Below, one piece after another: positions 50,279 through 61,334 of a stretch of DNA of 64,000 nt. The stretch lies in IMG/VR virus record IMGVR_UViG_3300035698_029580, one strand, 5' to 3'. The notes below the pieces were generated by a model. That model was given only the letters and a program-made list of their open reading frames with translations. It ran no database searches and was not told the origin of the DNA. Positions within the stretch are counted from its first letter, which is position 1. Each line of letters begins with the position of its first letter. The stretch is from a virus (lineage: Duplodnaviria > Caudoviricetes). The translations under genes and the position numbers were made by a program.

Positions 50279-50998
50279 ATGATAAATACAATTATTCAGG
50301 GAGACTGCAAGATACTGTTTCCCGAAATTTCAAAAAAATATAAAATAGATTTAATTTTAACAGATCCTCCATATAACATAAATTTCAAAGGGTATGATGT
50401 TTATAAAGATAATTTATCGGAAGATGAATATATATCATTACTTTCTATGTTCAAGGGTTATCCTTGTTGCCTTATTCATTATCCTGAAGAAACTACAAAA
50501 TATGTCGTTCCAGCTTTAGGTACAGATATTACCAAAAAAATAGTTTGGTGTTATGATTCTAATGCTTTTACACCAGACCATAATCCAAGACTTTTTCGTG
50601 ATATTTCCATTTATAATAAGGTACCTGACTTTACTAGAATTAAGAGACCTTATAAATGGCCGAATGATCCAAGAACTCAAAAAAAAATTAGAGATGGTAG
50701 TGAAGGTAGGAAGTTAGCTGATTGGTGGGATGATATAACTGTAGTCAGGAATGTTCATAAGGAGAAAACAGAACATCCTTGTCAAATTCCAGTTAAGATA
50801 TTTGAGAGATTATTATTGTTATTGACTAATGAAGGTGATTTGATAGTTGACCCATTTATAGGTTCTGGTAGTGTGGCATTGGCTTGTCTTTGGACTAACA
50901 GGCGTTATATAGGCATCGAACTTTCTGAGAAGTATGTAGAAATATCTAACAAGAGGATTGAGGCATGGGAGAGCAAGCATATTGATATATTTGGGTAG
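50279..50998 (+). CDS. DNA methyltransferase, N4-C/N6-A beta class
   Basis: TDPPY, HPCQIP, DPFIGSGS, GIELS. Confidence 0.92.
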   Translation: MINTIIQGDCKILFPEISKKYKIDLILTDPPYNINFKGYDVYKDNLSEDEYISLLSMFKGYPCCLIHYPEETTKYVVPALGTDITKKIVWCYDSNAFTPDHNPRLFRDISIYNKVPDFTRIKRPYKWPNDPRTQKKIRDGSEGRKLADWWDDITVVRNVHKEKTEHPCQIPVKIFERLLLLLTNEGDLIVDPFIGSGSVALACLWTNRRYIGIELSEKYVEISNKRIEAWESKHIDIFG

Positions 50999-51471
50999 GT
51001 GAGTCTTCTTGTGATGCCCATAAAAGGGCTCAGAATGGCTCAGGATCAATTTTTTCTTCTTATAAGGCGTTTTATACGTCTTTTTTTTATTTATAGGAAA
51101 AATTTATTTTCCAGCATTATAATTTTATTTGTAATAAAATAAAAAACCATTAAAATTGAAAGAATTGAAAAGATGAGATTCACTTGTTCTGAATGTTGTT
51201 GTCATAAGGTCTATTTTGTAGAAGATGTTAGAGCATATAGGATTACATCTGTTTCTGTCAATGATTATGGTGTTGAACAGAGGGACAATTATTCTGATTT
51301 AGAAGCTGTAGAAAATCCTAAAGACGATTGGTATGAGTGTGGTGATTGCAGAAAAATATTTACAAAAGAAGAATTCCAAAAATGTATTATTTAATAAATT
51401 TTAAATAATTTTCCAGCAAAATAATTTTATTTGGATTAAAATAAAAACCATTAAAATGAGAGGTAACAAAG

Positions 51472-51942
51472 ATGAGTACAAGATGTCAAGTTAAAGTATT
51501 GGGAGACAATGACTTAGAGAATGTTATGCTTTATCATCATTGTGATGGATATCTTTCGAATATGTTACCTATTATTTATAGGGCATATAAATATGGTATA
51601 AAACCTAAGGCTCTCTCTCCAGGTGGGGAAAAGTATGATATGAGTTGGAAATCTCGTAGAGCTGGTCATTGTGCTTCATTTCTTTGTCATATGGATCCTT
51701 TGGAATTTCAACCTGAGTCAGGTTTTGATTTACATGGTGACATTGAATATTATTATGTTATTTATGTATATGGGAATTTATCTGAGTGGAGACTTAGGGT
51801 ATATGTTCCTAAGAAGGATATTTTTTGGGATGATCCTTGTTTGGAAAATATGAATTTGTTAATTGGAGAACATTCTATTTCTGATTTAGTTAACTCTAAG
51901 GGCAAATTGAGAAAGAAAATAAGGGAGTTAGTTGGAAGTTAA
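51472..51942 (+). CDS. conserved phage protein (MSTR..Y.H.DGY..HGDIEY.Y)
   Basis: Motif pattern; behind promoter motif. Confidence 0.75.
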   Translation: MSTRCQVKVLGDNDLENVMLYHHCDGYLSNMLPIIYRAYKYGIKPKALSPGGEKYDMSWKSRRAGHCASFLCHMDPLEFQPESGFDLHGDIEYYYVIYVYGNLSEWRLRVYVPKKDIFWDDPCLENMNLLIGEHSISDLVNSKGKLRKKIRELVGS

Positions 51943-52019
51943 TAATTTTCCAGCAAAATAATTTTTTATGTATAGAATTGTAGTTACTAAATAATGTTTT
52001 TTGATGAAGGAGTTTTGAG

Positions 52020-52832
52020 ATGTTTATTTTGCATTGTGGAGCAAAGGCGGCGACGGTTGATGAGGTAAATAAGGCTCCTTGTCCTAAGGGGACAAAGAGT
52101 TGGACCCCTGTTCCTCATGGTCAATTCATAGAGATGGTAAAGGGTGCTGCTGGTAATGCTGGTTTTGAGATTGGTGAGGAACAGTATGGCTTGTATGATG
52201 ATGCCAGTCGGTTATTCGGAGTGGTTGGAATCAAGGGACAAGATCATTTTGGTGGGCAGGTTCAATTGATGATGGGTATTCGTAATGGTAATGATAAGCA
52301 AATTGCTGCCGGTGTTTGTGCTGGGAGTCGAGTGTTTGTTTGTGACAATTTGTCTTTTTTGGCATATACAGATCAGTCGTTGAATGGTGAGCCTGTTTTT
52401 ATGCAACGAAAGCATACTCGTTATGCTATTGATGGTATTCCTCCCATGTTGGAACAGGCAATGGCAAGAATATTGGAACTTAAAGATTATCAAGAGAAAT
52501 TTTTTGAGAAGTTGGCAACTGTGACGTTGAAAAATAGAGATGTTAACGATGCCATTATGCGTGCAGCAAAAGCAGAGGCTATTCCGTGGACTCATGTTCG
52601 TCATGTTCGGGAACAGTGGGATTTGCAACAACGTATGCCGGAAAATGAGGAAGAAGAGGCAAGGTGGCATGAGGAATTTCATGTTGATAATGCTTGGAGT
52701 CTCTATAACTGTTTCACTGAAGTTGCAAAGGGTTATTTGGGTCAAAATACTATGAAGGCTTCAGATAGAAGCATTGTGGCCAATGGATTTTTCCGTGATA
52801 GATTTTGTGGAAAAAACTTTAGTAAGAATTAA
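52020..52832 (+). CDS. DUF932-like protein
   Basis: PVPH, G.RN..D, RVFVCDN, KHT, W.LYN.FTE. Confidence 0.8.
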   Translation: MFILHCGAKAATVDEVNKAPCPKGTKSWTPVPHGQFIEMVKGAAGNAGFEIGEEQYGLYDDASRLFGVVGIKGQDHFGGQVQLMMGIRNGNDKQIAAGVCAGSRVFVCDNLSFLAYTDQSLNGEPVFMQRKHTRYAIDGIPPMLEQAMARILELKDYQEKFFEKLATVTLKNRDVNDAIMRAAKAEAIPWTHVRHVREQWDLQQRMPENEEEEARWHEEFHVDNAWSLYNCFTEVAKGYLGQNTMKASDRSIVANGFFRDRFCGKNFSKN

Positions 52833-52896
52833 GGGGGGACTCGATTGGGTGGAGGAGTATCAAAAGTGCTCCTCCATTTTTATTTAGGAATAAATT

Positions 52897-53769
52897 ATGA
52901 AGGTATCAACATTATCTATTGTTTGCGGCACTGATGCTTGTAATGCTTCTTGTCCTTATTGTATTTCTAAGATAACAGGGACAGAGGATATTCCCAAGAC
53001 ACCTGCCATTAACTATACTCGTCTTAAAAAAGCTTGTCAACTGGCAGAAAATAGTGGTGCTACCACTGTTTTATTGACTGGAAAGGGTGAGCCTACTCTT
53101 TATATGGACCAAATTCTTGAATTTTTATCTTCTCTACAAAATTTTAATATTCCTATTGTTGAATTACAGACTAATGGGATAATATTATCTAAAAATCAAG
53201 ATACTTATTTGAGAGAATTAAGGAGAGGTAGATTAGATACAATTTGTTTATCTATTGTTCACTGGGATGAGGAGAAAAATGCAGAGATATTTACTAATGG
53301 TGATAAAGAAAAATATATAGAAAATTTATGTAAATTTATTCTTGAAATACATCAAGTTGGTTTGAATGTACGTTTAAGTTGTATTATGTTAAATGGGTAT
53401 ATTGATTCTTTTGATAAAGTTTTACATTTATTAAAGTTTGCTAAGGCTAATAAAGTTGAGCAGGTTACTATTCGTCCAGTTTATATTCCCGTAGATTCAG
53501 ATAAGAATTTGAAAGTAAAAAAATATTGTGAACGTTTGTTAATGGATAATGTTTTGGTTAAGGAAATTCATCATGATATAAAATCTTTATCAACAAAGAT
53601 ACTTGATTTGCCTCATGGTGGAGTGGTATATGATTTTGATGGGCAGAACCTTTGCTTTGCTAATTGTTTAACAGAGAGCACCGACCCAGAGGACATGAGA
53701 CAATTTATTTATTTTCCTGATGGTCATTTGAGATATTCTTGGCAGTATCCGGGAGCCATTTTGTTTTAG
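52897..53769 (+). CDS. radical SAM protein
   Basis: CNASCPYC, TGKGEP, TNG. Confidence 0.9.
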   Translation: MKVSTLSIVCGTDACNASCPYCISKITGTEDIPKTPAINYTRLKKACQLAENSGATTVLLTGKGEPTLYMDQILEFLSSLQNFNIPIVELQTNGIILSKNQDTYLRELRRGRLDTICLSIVHWDEEKNAEIFTNGDKEKYIENLCKFILEIHQVGLNVRLSCIMLNGYIDSFDKVLHLLKFAKANKVEQVTIRPVYIPVDSDKNLKVKKYCERLLMDNVLVKEIHHDIKSLSTKILDLPHGGVVYDFDGQNLCFANCLTESTDPEDMRQFIYFPDGHLRYSWQYPGAILF

Positions 53770-54563
53770 AAATTTTCCAGCATTATAAAAAATTTATTAT
53801 TAAAATAAAAAAGGAAAAAAATGATAGGTAAAACTTTATATAAAGCTAAGATAGTAGATGGTGAAATCACCATGAGCTTTTATACAATTATTGGGGAGAG
53901 AGGCAAACAATATAAATTTACTGAAGGTGTAAGAGGTGTAAGGGGTTGTTTCAAGAGTGATGTTGGAGTTGTTTTCTTTTTGACTAAAAAAGAGGCAATG
54001 GATTATCTTATTGAAGAGATTAAACATAGCATAAAGATGGGAGAAAATTATCTGAAAAAAACAAGGTCTCTTCTTGATGATGCTTTGAATTTTCCAGCAA
54101 AATAATTTTTTGTCGAATAAAACAAATGGAAAAGAAAAAAATAAAAATTAAATTAAAAACAAATTTACCAAGGATGAAAATGCCTCCTTCTGGTAAAGTT
54201 TTCAAGGATAAGAAAAAAGAAGAAAATAGGACTCGTTGTAGAAGGAAAAATGATGAATGATGAACAAAAAGAAAAGTTAGAACAAGAAATTAGATGTCAT
54301 AAAGCAATGAAGAAAGGTGTAGAAGTTCGTATTTCAGATTTAGAAAAGAAAATTAACAGGTTGAAAGATATGGTAAAAACTGCTTATGAAGAGGGATTTC
54401 TTGATGGGTGGGAATCTGCTATTGAAAGTGGTACAACTCAATTGACAGATGCTAAAAAGGCACAATTCTGGCAAAATTCAGGGAGCCGTCAGATTCTTAT
54501 AATAAGTTATTAATTTTCCAGCATTATTTATTTTTTTCTATTAAAATAAAAAAGGAAAAAATT

Positions 54564-54950
54564 ATGAAAATTGAATTGGTAGGAATTAACATTCTAAGGA
54601 TTACTAGAGAAACTAATGATCCTAAGTTTTATGGTGTGCAAAATGCTGCTGGGGAAAGCAATTTTCTCTATTTTCTGAAAAAAGAATTAAATAAACGTTT
54701 TCCTACTGCTCATTTTATTAAGAAGCGTATGGCAAAAGATGGTCATTTGGTTGATGATATGCAACAGTATATTAGAACCAAAGATGGTAATATTATGATT
54801 TATAATGGGCATTGGCAAATTGAAGGGATTGAGGTAGACTGGAATAAGGGTTGTGCTCGTTTGTTAGTTGACGGAGATGAAAATACAATTAGAGAAACTT
54901 TCAAAGAGATTAAATATAAGGGCAATTCTTTAGAAGTTATTTATGGTTGA
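54564..54950 (+). CDS. hypothetical protein
   Basis: Behind promoter motif with AAGGA RBS. Confidence 0.7.
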   Translation: MKIELVGINILRITRETNDPKFYGVQNAAGESNFLYFLKKELNKRFPTAHFIKKRMAKDGHLVDDMQQYIRTKDGNIMIYNGHWQIEGIEVDWNKGCARLLVDGDENTIRETFKEIKYKGNSLEVIYG

Positions 54951-55855
54951 ATGAAATATGTTAAGATATAATGAACCAAATTATTTTCCTCCAGGGGTCA
55001 TTGAGTTAAATGGTGGCTTTGCCATTGTCTGTCAAAATATAATCAATGATGATGATGTTATATATTGGAGTGGTGTCGAATGGGACGAGCCACGTTTGGC
55101 TAAGATGTATAAATCTGAAAAAGAAGCACTGAAAATTCTTAATGAACATTTTCCAGCAAATTAAAAGTTTTCCTATTAAAATAAAAACGGAGAAAAACAG
55201 ATGATTATTCCTGACGAAAAAATCAAACAGTTGCAGATTGCACTTCAAGATGGAGATATGAAAGGTAGTGTTGAATGTTATGAGACTGCCTTAGATTTAC
55301 ACCATATAATTGCCTCAGATATGGTAGAATTGATTTCGGGTGTTATGGTTCCTTCTGCTGTCAAAGAAGTTATTCATAATTATTTAATAAATAACCAAAA
55401 AATTAGAGCTATTAAGGCATATCGTTGTTATAATAAGGAAGCTAATCTTAAAATAGGATTAGATATTATTGAGGAATATAGCAAAAATATGTAATTCTTT
55501 TGGCGGGCGAATTATTATCCATTTAGGAATAATTCGTCTGTCTTTATTTTCCAGCAAATTAAAAGTTTTCCTATTAAGTTATTATGAGTAAGATAATTAG
55601 ATCATTTGAGTGTGGGTGTGTAACACTGGAGGGAGGCAGGAGAATACTTTGCCCGTCTTGTGCTGTCGGTAAAAAAGGTGCTGAAGATTTTATTAGTGAT
55701 CGTCTAAGAGAAGATTATAATACTATTTTAATTGCCGCAAAAAATATTTGTTATCGTATAAAAGTTGCAAAAACTGGCAGACATAGTTTTGATGAATTCT
55801 TAGAAAAAGGTGGCTGCGAAGAATTAAATAGAATTATTGAAGAAGTTGCTAGAAG

Positions 55856-56788
55856 ATGAAACAAGAAACAATTCTACAAGAACAAATAGAAAATCCTCAT
55901 TATTTGGTAGTGGCTGGAAGTCGTCTATATGGCACTGTTAGACCAGAATCAGATGATGACAAAAGGGGATTTCTTATTCCTCCATTTGATTATCTACTGG
56001 GTATTAAATCATTTCAGGAGGGTTCTCTTCCAGGTCAAGATTATAAGGTTTTTTCCTTACACCGTTTTCTAAAATTGTGTTTGGGAGGAGATCCTCTTTG
56101 TACAGAAATGTTGTTTGTGTCTGGAGATAAAGTTCTCAAGACTTCTTTTTATGCTCAAAAAATTATTGGAATTAGAGATAAGATTGTTAGTCAGAGAATG
56201 TGCAATAGAGTAATTGGATATAGTTATAGTGAGTGGAGAAAAGCATTTGGTCAAAAATTAGAAATTGATAAGAGAACAAAAACAGAAGATGATGTTATAA
56301 ATGATATTCGTAATCTGTTTGCTCCTGATAAAGAAGATATGGATGAAGTTATTAAAATCCTATTTTCTAAACATCCCAGGAAGATTGTTGCTGCTACCAG
56401 AAAATTAGGTGCTAAGAGAAAAGAGCAGATGGAGAAATATGGATATTGTGTCAGTTCAGCTACTCATTCTATCAGGCTTTTAGGTCAATTATATGAGATA
56501 TTGACAGAGGGGAAGATGACATTTCCTCGTCCTAATGCTGATATTTTGAAGGAAATTAGAACAGGGAAGATGTCTAAAGATGAATTAGAAGATATTTATA
56601 ATGATATTTTGAGACAGGTAGAAGAAGCTAAGTTGAGTACTGACCTAAGGTTAAAGCCAGATGAAAATTTTGTTTGGGACACTTATAGAAATATAATTGT
56701 TGATTTTTTCAAAGATGATGAGTATTGTAAAAAGTTAATGTCTTCTGAATATAGGATTAATAGTGATAGTTCAAGATATTATTTTTAA
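55856..56788 (+). CDS. Pol-beta-superfamily nucleotidyltransferase (RlaP/YcgL-like)
   Basis: GSRLYGT..P.SD.D.RG, H..RLL, L..IR.G. Confidence 0.85.
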   Translation: MKQETILQEQIENPHYLVVAGSRLYGTVRPESDDDKRGFLIPPFDYLLGIKSFQEGSLPGQDYKVFSLHRFLKLCLGGDPLCTEMLFVSGDKVLKTSFYAQKIIGIRDKIVSQRMCNRVIGYSYSEWRKAFGQKLEIDKRTKTEDDVINDIRNLFAPDKEDMDEVIKILFSKHPRKIVAATRKLGAKRKEQMEKYGYCVSSATHSIRLLGQLYEILTEGKMTFPRPNADILKEIRTGKMSKDELEDIYNDILRQVEEAKLSTDLRLKPDENFVWDTYRNIIVDFFKDDEYCKKLMSSEYRINSDSSRYYF

Positions 56789-56837
56789 TTTTCCAGCATT
56801 ATAAAATAATATCCTATATAATAGGAATTGACAAGTG

Positions 56838-57043
56838 AATAGAGTTGAGATTGTGGCGGAATTGGTAGACGCATCGGTCAGTAGGTAAGAGGGACGTGCC
56901 TCCTATAGGAAACGCAGGGCGAACATCCTCTTTTAATGTGGATACAGAAGTCGTGCTACACCGCTTATGACACTAGTGGAGTGGTGTCATAAGGCCATTA
57001 GCCGAGCCGTGCAGGTTCGAGTCCTGTCAATCTCAACTCTATT
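56838..57043 (+). ncRNA. tRNA-mimic RNA 1: 16-bp acceptor-like stem, D and T arms, ~120-nt insert replacing anticodon loop
   Basis: AATAGAGTTGAGATTG/CAATCTCAACTCTATT; TGGCGGAATTGGTAGACGC; GCAGG-TTCGAGT-CCTGT. Confidence 0.8.
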
Positions 57044-57962
57044 TTTTATTTTCCAGCATTATAATTTTATTAGGAATAAGACAAATGGCAACAACAAAAA
57101 AACAATTAAAAGAATTATTTAAACATAATACGGAAAAATCGTATAAGATATATATGAGAAATGACGGAGATGGATGGATTGACTGTTATGGTATTAGTAT
57201 TTTACTTTTTATAGAAAATCTTTTTATTCCAGATGAAATTAAAAATTGTTATAGCAAAGCGATGAATAAAAATTGTATTATTTTGGCAAATTTTACGGGG
57301 AAAAATTCTTTATTGGCTAGAGAAGAAAATTCAAATTGTAGTATTCGTGCCAACAAATCTTTTGAAAAATATAAAAGATGGCTTCATCAAATTTTAGAAA
57401 TAAAAACCTTGAAAGGATGAAAAAATGTTTATTTTTGTTATTATTTGCATTGTCATTATGGTCATGAATGTTTTGTTTATGATTTATTTGAACTGGAACA
57501 AAAAACATCAAGAAAAATATAATAAAACAGTTGATAGGTTGATGGAGAACTATAAAACAACCATAGAGCACTATAAAACAGCCATTGAAAAATATAAAGA
57601 ACTATTAAAAATTCGTGAAGAAATTTTTGAAAATAATAAATCTCTTGCGAAAATTAGTAAAGAAATGATTGAAAATTATGAAAAAGTTGTAGAGACATAT
57701 AAAAATGTCTGTAAGTGTGCTTTGGCAGATTTAGAAGGTGTGATGTATTTGATAGAGCCAGATGGAGAAAGGGAACATCCTGCCTGGAAAACTATTGAAG
57801 AGTTGAGAGAAGTTATTAAACTGTAGGGTATTAAAAATTGAATGTTTTTTGTGTCAGTTGATTGACACTCAGATCCCCTTGAGAAGAGAAGTAAAATTCT
57901 CTTCTTTTCTTTTTTCCAGCATTATTATTTTTTCTTCATTAAAATAAAAAAGGAAAAATAAG

Positions 57963-58373
57963 ATGATAACACAAGTAGCAACAATTTTTAATGGCAAATA
58001 TACACTGAAAAATCCTGCCACCGGCCAACATAAAACCTTCAAAATTCACACGAAACAACGGGGAAATCTCAAAGGAAAGCGTATTCTGTCCATTTTAAGT
58101 GGACCAGATAATATGAATAGTTATCAAGGGTTTGCTTTTGTAAATGATGATGGTATAAAGGTTTGGAGCAAATATTGTACTAAGAACTCTGTTCGGCAAA
58201 AATATGCTAATATTCTTTGGGACGTTCTAACTAACTATGAGAACAGTAGTTATGTAGAAAAAGGATTACAGTTGTTCAAAGAGGCTCGTTGTATTCGTTG
58301 TAATCGGACTTTGACTCATCCTGAGAGTATTGAGTTAGGAATTGGTCCTGAGTGTGCCGGTAAAATTATGTAA
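57963..58373 (+). CDS. DUF6011 zinc-finger protein
   Basis: L.GPDN; CIRCNRTLTHPESIELGIGPEC. Confidence 0.8.
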   Translation: MITQVATIFNGKYTLKNPATGQHKTFKIHTKQRGNLKGKRILSILSGPDNMNSYQGFAFVNDDGIKVWSKYCTKNSVRQKYANILWDVLTNYENSSYVEKGLQLFKEARCIRCNRTLTHPESIELGIGPECAGKIM

Positions 58374-58665
58374 TTTTTGACTTTACCTATATTTTGAGGT
58401 ATAATAATAAGGTAATTATGCCACAAAAACAGAGGTGAAAAGTCATGGCAAAGAAAGTAGCAAGAAAAAAAACAGAGGACAAACAAGAGGTACAGGCAAA
58501 AATGGTGTGTGAGAAGGTATTTGAGGCTTCTCGTAGATGGACTTCAAAGGATGAGTTGAAGATACCCGTATTAAGAGAAATACGGTCTGCAGCGGCTCAA
58601 TGTTTGGGTCATAGTACCAGGAAGCCTAAGAGAGTATTTCATTGATTAGTTTTTCTTTTATGCAG

Positions 58666-58701
58666 ATGCCCAGTTAAATTCATTTAATTGGGCATTTTTT
58701 T
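58666..58701 (+). terminator. rho-independent terminator
   Basis: ATGCCCAGTTAAAT/ATTTAATTGGGCAT + T run. Confidence 0.8.
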
Positions 58702-58921
58702 ATTTTCCAGCATTATAAAAATTTTTGTATTAAAATAAAAAAGGAGAAAAAAATGAAAAAAGTAAAGGTTGAATTAAAATTGGTAGTAGAAATTTCAGCA
58801 GAAGATGAGAATGTCTCAATATCTAAGGTAGTTAACAAGTTGTGGTGTGATTTGCCCGATGATTGTGGTGCTCAAGTAGAAGATATTAGTATTAAATCAC
58901 AAAAAATAGTGGAGAGGATAT

Positions 58922-59332
58922 ATGAATAATTTTAATAAAGTAACAGTTGGATTTGTTATTCAGCATTTTGTAGATGGTCCAAATGGCAAGTTTATTTGTA
59001 ATCGTCAAGAATTCGTAGCTGGAGATGAAGTTTCCCATGAAGATACAATGGGAGAGGTTCTTGACCCAATTCCTGATTATAAATATCAAACTTTTGATAT
59101 GGTACAACCAGATTATGTTCTTAAAAAGGGTGATATTGTAAAACTTGTAAAATTGGATTGTAAAATTAATATACCATACACTTTAGAAAAGTATATTGGC
59201 CTATGGGCTGTAGTGATTAAACCTGGAACTGGTGAAAATGTCAATTCAATGATTAGGATAAAATTTAAAGATGGTAATCAATATTCTTTTTGGCCAGAAG
59301 AATTAGAATTGATTACTAAGAATGAAAAATAA
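58922..59332 (+). CDS. chimeric protein (N-half like 59582, C-half like 59944)
   Basis: FNKVTVGFV.QHFV.GPNGK and KYIG....IKPGTG...FWPEELE. Confidence 0.75.
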   Translation: MNNFNKVTVGFVIQHFVDGPNGKFICNRQEFVAGDEVSHEDTMGEVLDPIPDYKYQTFDMVQPDYVLKKGDIVKLVKLDCKINIPYTLEKYIGLWAVVIKPGTGENVNSMIRIKFKDGNQYSFWPEELELITKNEK

Positions 59333-59581
59333 GATGATACCTATAGTATGCAATTGTTCTCCTGTACTTGATAAGTATGAAAACATGTTGTTTCCAGTTT
59401 GGCAAACAGAATTGATTTGCAGGCCACAAGCAGGAGATTATATTTTATCAATAGATGGTCATGAAGCAAAAATAACCAAGATTTTGCATTGTAAAAAGGG
59501 TTTGATTTTGAATTTAGATGTCGTAGGATAATTTTCCAGCATTATTATTTTTTTATTATTAAAATAAAAACGGAGAAAATT

Positions 59582-59893
59582 ATGGAATTTAATAAAGTGA
59601 CAGTTGGTTTTGTTGTTCAGCATTTTGTAGAAGGTCCGAATGGCAAGTCTATTTGTGATAAGCAAGAATTTGTGGCTGGAGACGATTGTTCTTATGAAGA
59701 TGCTGAGACAGGGGAAATTCTTTCTGATTTGCCAGATTATAAATATCAACCTTATGATATGGTACAACGTAGTTTTAACTGTCATTATTGTGGTATTGAA
59801 GCAGAAGGTGAATCTTTTTCAATAGGAGAAATAGAATTTTGTAGTGAAAAGTGTCTTTGTACTTGGAAGGCTAGTAACGAAAATTATGAATAA
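59582..59893 (+). CDS. hypothetical protein with C-terminal TRASH-like CxxC..FCS..C
   Basis: Paralog of 58922 N-half. Confidence 0.7.
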   Translation: MEFNKVTVGFVVQHFVEGPNGKSICDKQEFVAGDDCSYEDAETGEILSDLPDYKYQPYDMVQRSFNCHYCGIEAEGESFSIGEIEFCSEKCLCTWKASNENYE

Positions 59894-59943
59894 TTTTCCA
59901 GCAAAATAATTTTTCTGTCATTAAAATAAAAAAGGAAAAAATT

Positions 59944-60156
59944 ATGACAGAACATATTTTTCAAAAAAATGATAGTGTAAGATTGAAAGAGTTGATTGAT
60001 GGACTTGGACGACATCCCCTTGATAAATATATTGGCCAAAAAGGTGTAATAATTAAACCGGGAACAGGGAAAACTCTGGAAACAATGATTATTGTTAAAT
60101 TTGATAATGGTAAAGAAGATGCTTTTTGGCCAGAGGAGTTAGAGTCAATTTTATAA
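59944..60156 (+). CDS. small SH3/KOW-like hypothetical protein
   Basis: Paralog of 58922 C-half. Confidence 0.65.
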   Translation: MTEHIFQKNDSVRLKELIDGLGRHPLDKYIGQKGVIIKPGTGKTLETMIIVKFDNGKEDAFWPEELESIL

Positions 60157-60484
60157 TAATTTTCCAGCATTAAAATTTTTCTGCCATTAAAATAAAAAAG
60201 GGAAAAATTATGACAGAACATATTTTTCAAATGACAATTAAACAGGCTCTTCAGGCAGTAATTGATAATTGTCCTAATCCCTATGCTAAACAGTATGTCG
60301 AGGTTATTCGTCGATCCTATGAAGAATATGGACAGCATGGGGTAAAGGTACAAATTCTTTATGTATTATCAAATATTCTTGATATTGACAAAGAAGAAGA
60401 GGCAGATTTATACTGGGAAGATTGTGAATTAAAAACAAAGGTCATTGAGACTTTTCAAAATTATCAAGAGGGTGATTGGAAACC

Positions 60485-60790
60485 ATGAAGTTATTTGTAG
60501 ATGACATTAGGGATGCTCCTGATAATTCTTGGGTTATAGCTAGAAATTTTGATAGTGTAATCGAGATATTGCAACATAGTCCAGTTTCTATTATTAGTCT
60601 TGATCATGATTTAGGCACTGACCAAAGTGGTTATGATATTGCTAAATGGATTGAGAAAAAAGTTTTTTGTGATGGATTATATCCTATTCCTGAGATTTTG
60701 TGTCATTCTCAAAATCCTGTAGGAAAGAAAAATATTCTTGCTGTTAATGAGGCTATTCAGAAGCATTTTAATAATTTTCCAGCAAAATAA
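60485..60790 (+). CDS. cyclic-phosphate processing receiver-domain protein
   Basis: LFVDDIR..P, ISLDHDLG..GYD, HSQNPVG. Confidence 0.82.
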   Translation: MKLFVDDIRDAPDNSWVIARNFDSVIEILQHSPVSIISLDHDLGTDQSGYDIAKWIEKKVFCDGLYPIPEILCHSQNPVGKKNILAVNEAIQKHFNNFPAK

Positions 60791-60824
60791 TTTTTCTCCC
60801 ATTAAAATAAAAAAGGAAAAAATT

Positions 60825-61109
60825 ATGAATAATAAATCAAAAACTTTGGAGGAGATGGAAAAAATAGCGGAAGAGTGTGAAATAAAAGACAAGAGAGTGT
60901 CTAATTATTTTCGTTTGCAAGATTTTTCTAGGCCACAGGAAATTCCTGTTTCTCCTCCTAAATTAAAACCAATTAAACCTATGCCCAAGAAAACCCAACC
61001 TTTGAATTCTAAGTGTAATTGTGGTAGTGGTAAAAAATATAAGAAATGTTGTTTTTCTGGAAAAGAGAGATATAATAAAGTGAATAGAATTAAGACTGTG
61101 GCGGAATAG
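60825..61109 (+). CDS. SEC-C motif protein
   Basis: NSKCNCGSGKKYKKCC. Confidence 0.75.
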   Translation: MNNKSKTLEEMEKIAEECEIKDKRVSNYFRLQDFSRPQEIPVSPPKLKPIKPMPKKTQPLNSKCNCGSGKKYKKCCFSGKERYNKVNRIKTVAE

Positions 61110-61277
61110 ACAATGAAAGTGAAAGTCAGTAACAGAGTAATGAGTAATTGTCGTAGACGCAAAGTGCCGTTTTCTTGCAATTAGCGGCTTAGGGAAGTGC
61201 TGCCTATTAGTGGTGCGTTAATACCGAAAATAGTATTTGCATTGCAGGTATAGAATCCTGTCAGTCTTAATTCTATT
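61083..61277 (+). ncRNA. tRNA-mimic RNA 2: 16-bp acceptor-like stem, expanded D loop, T-like arm
   Basis: AATAGAATTAAGACTG/CAGTCTTAATTCTATT; TGGCGGAAT...GTAGACGCA; GCAGG-TATAGAAT-CCTGT. Confidence 0.72.
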
Positions 61278-61334
61278 TTTCCAGCATTATAATTTTTTCC
61301 CTATTAAAATAAAAACACTAACAAAAAGGAAAAA

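Noticed and set aside
56838-57043. tmRNA or group I intron-containing tRNA
   Set aside because: Has a paired D stem, no G3.U70 Ala acceptor or tag ORF, and the insert shows no recognisable P3/P7 core
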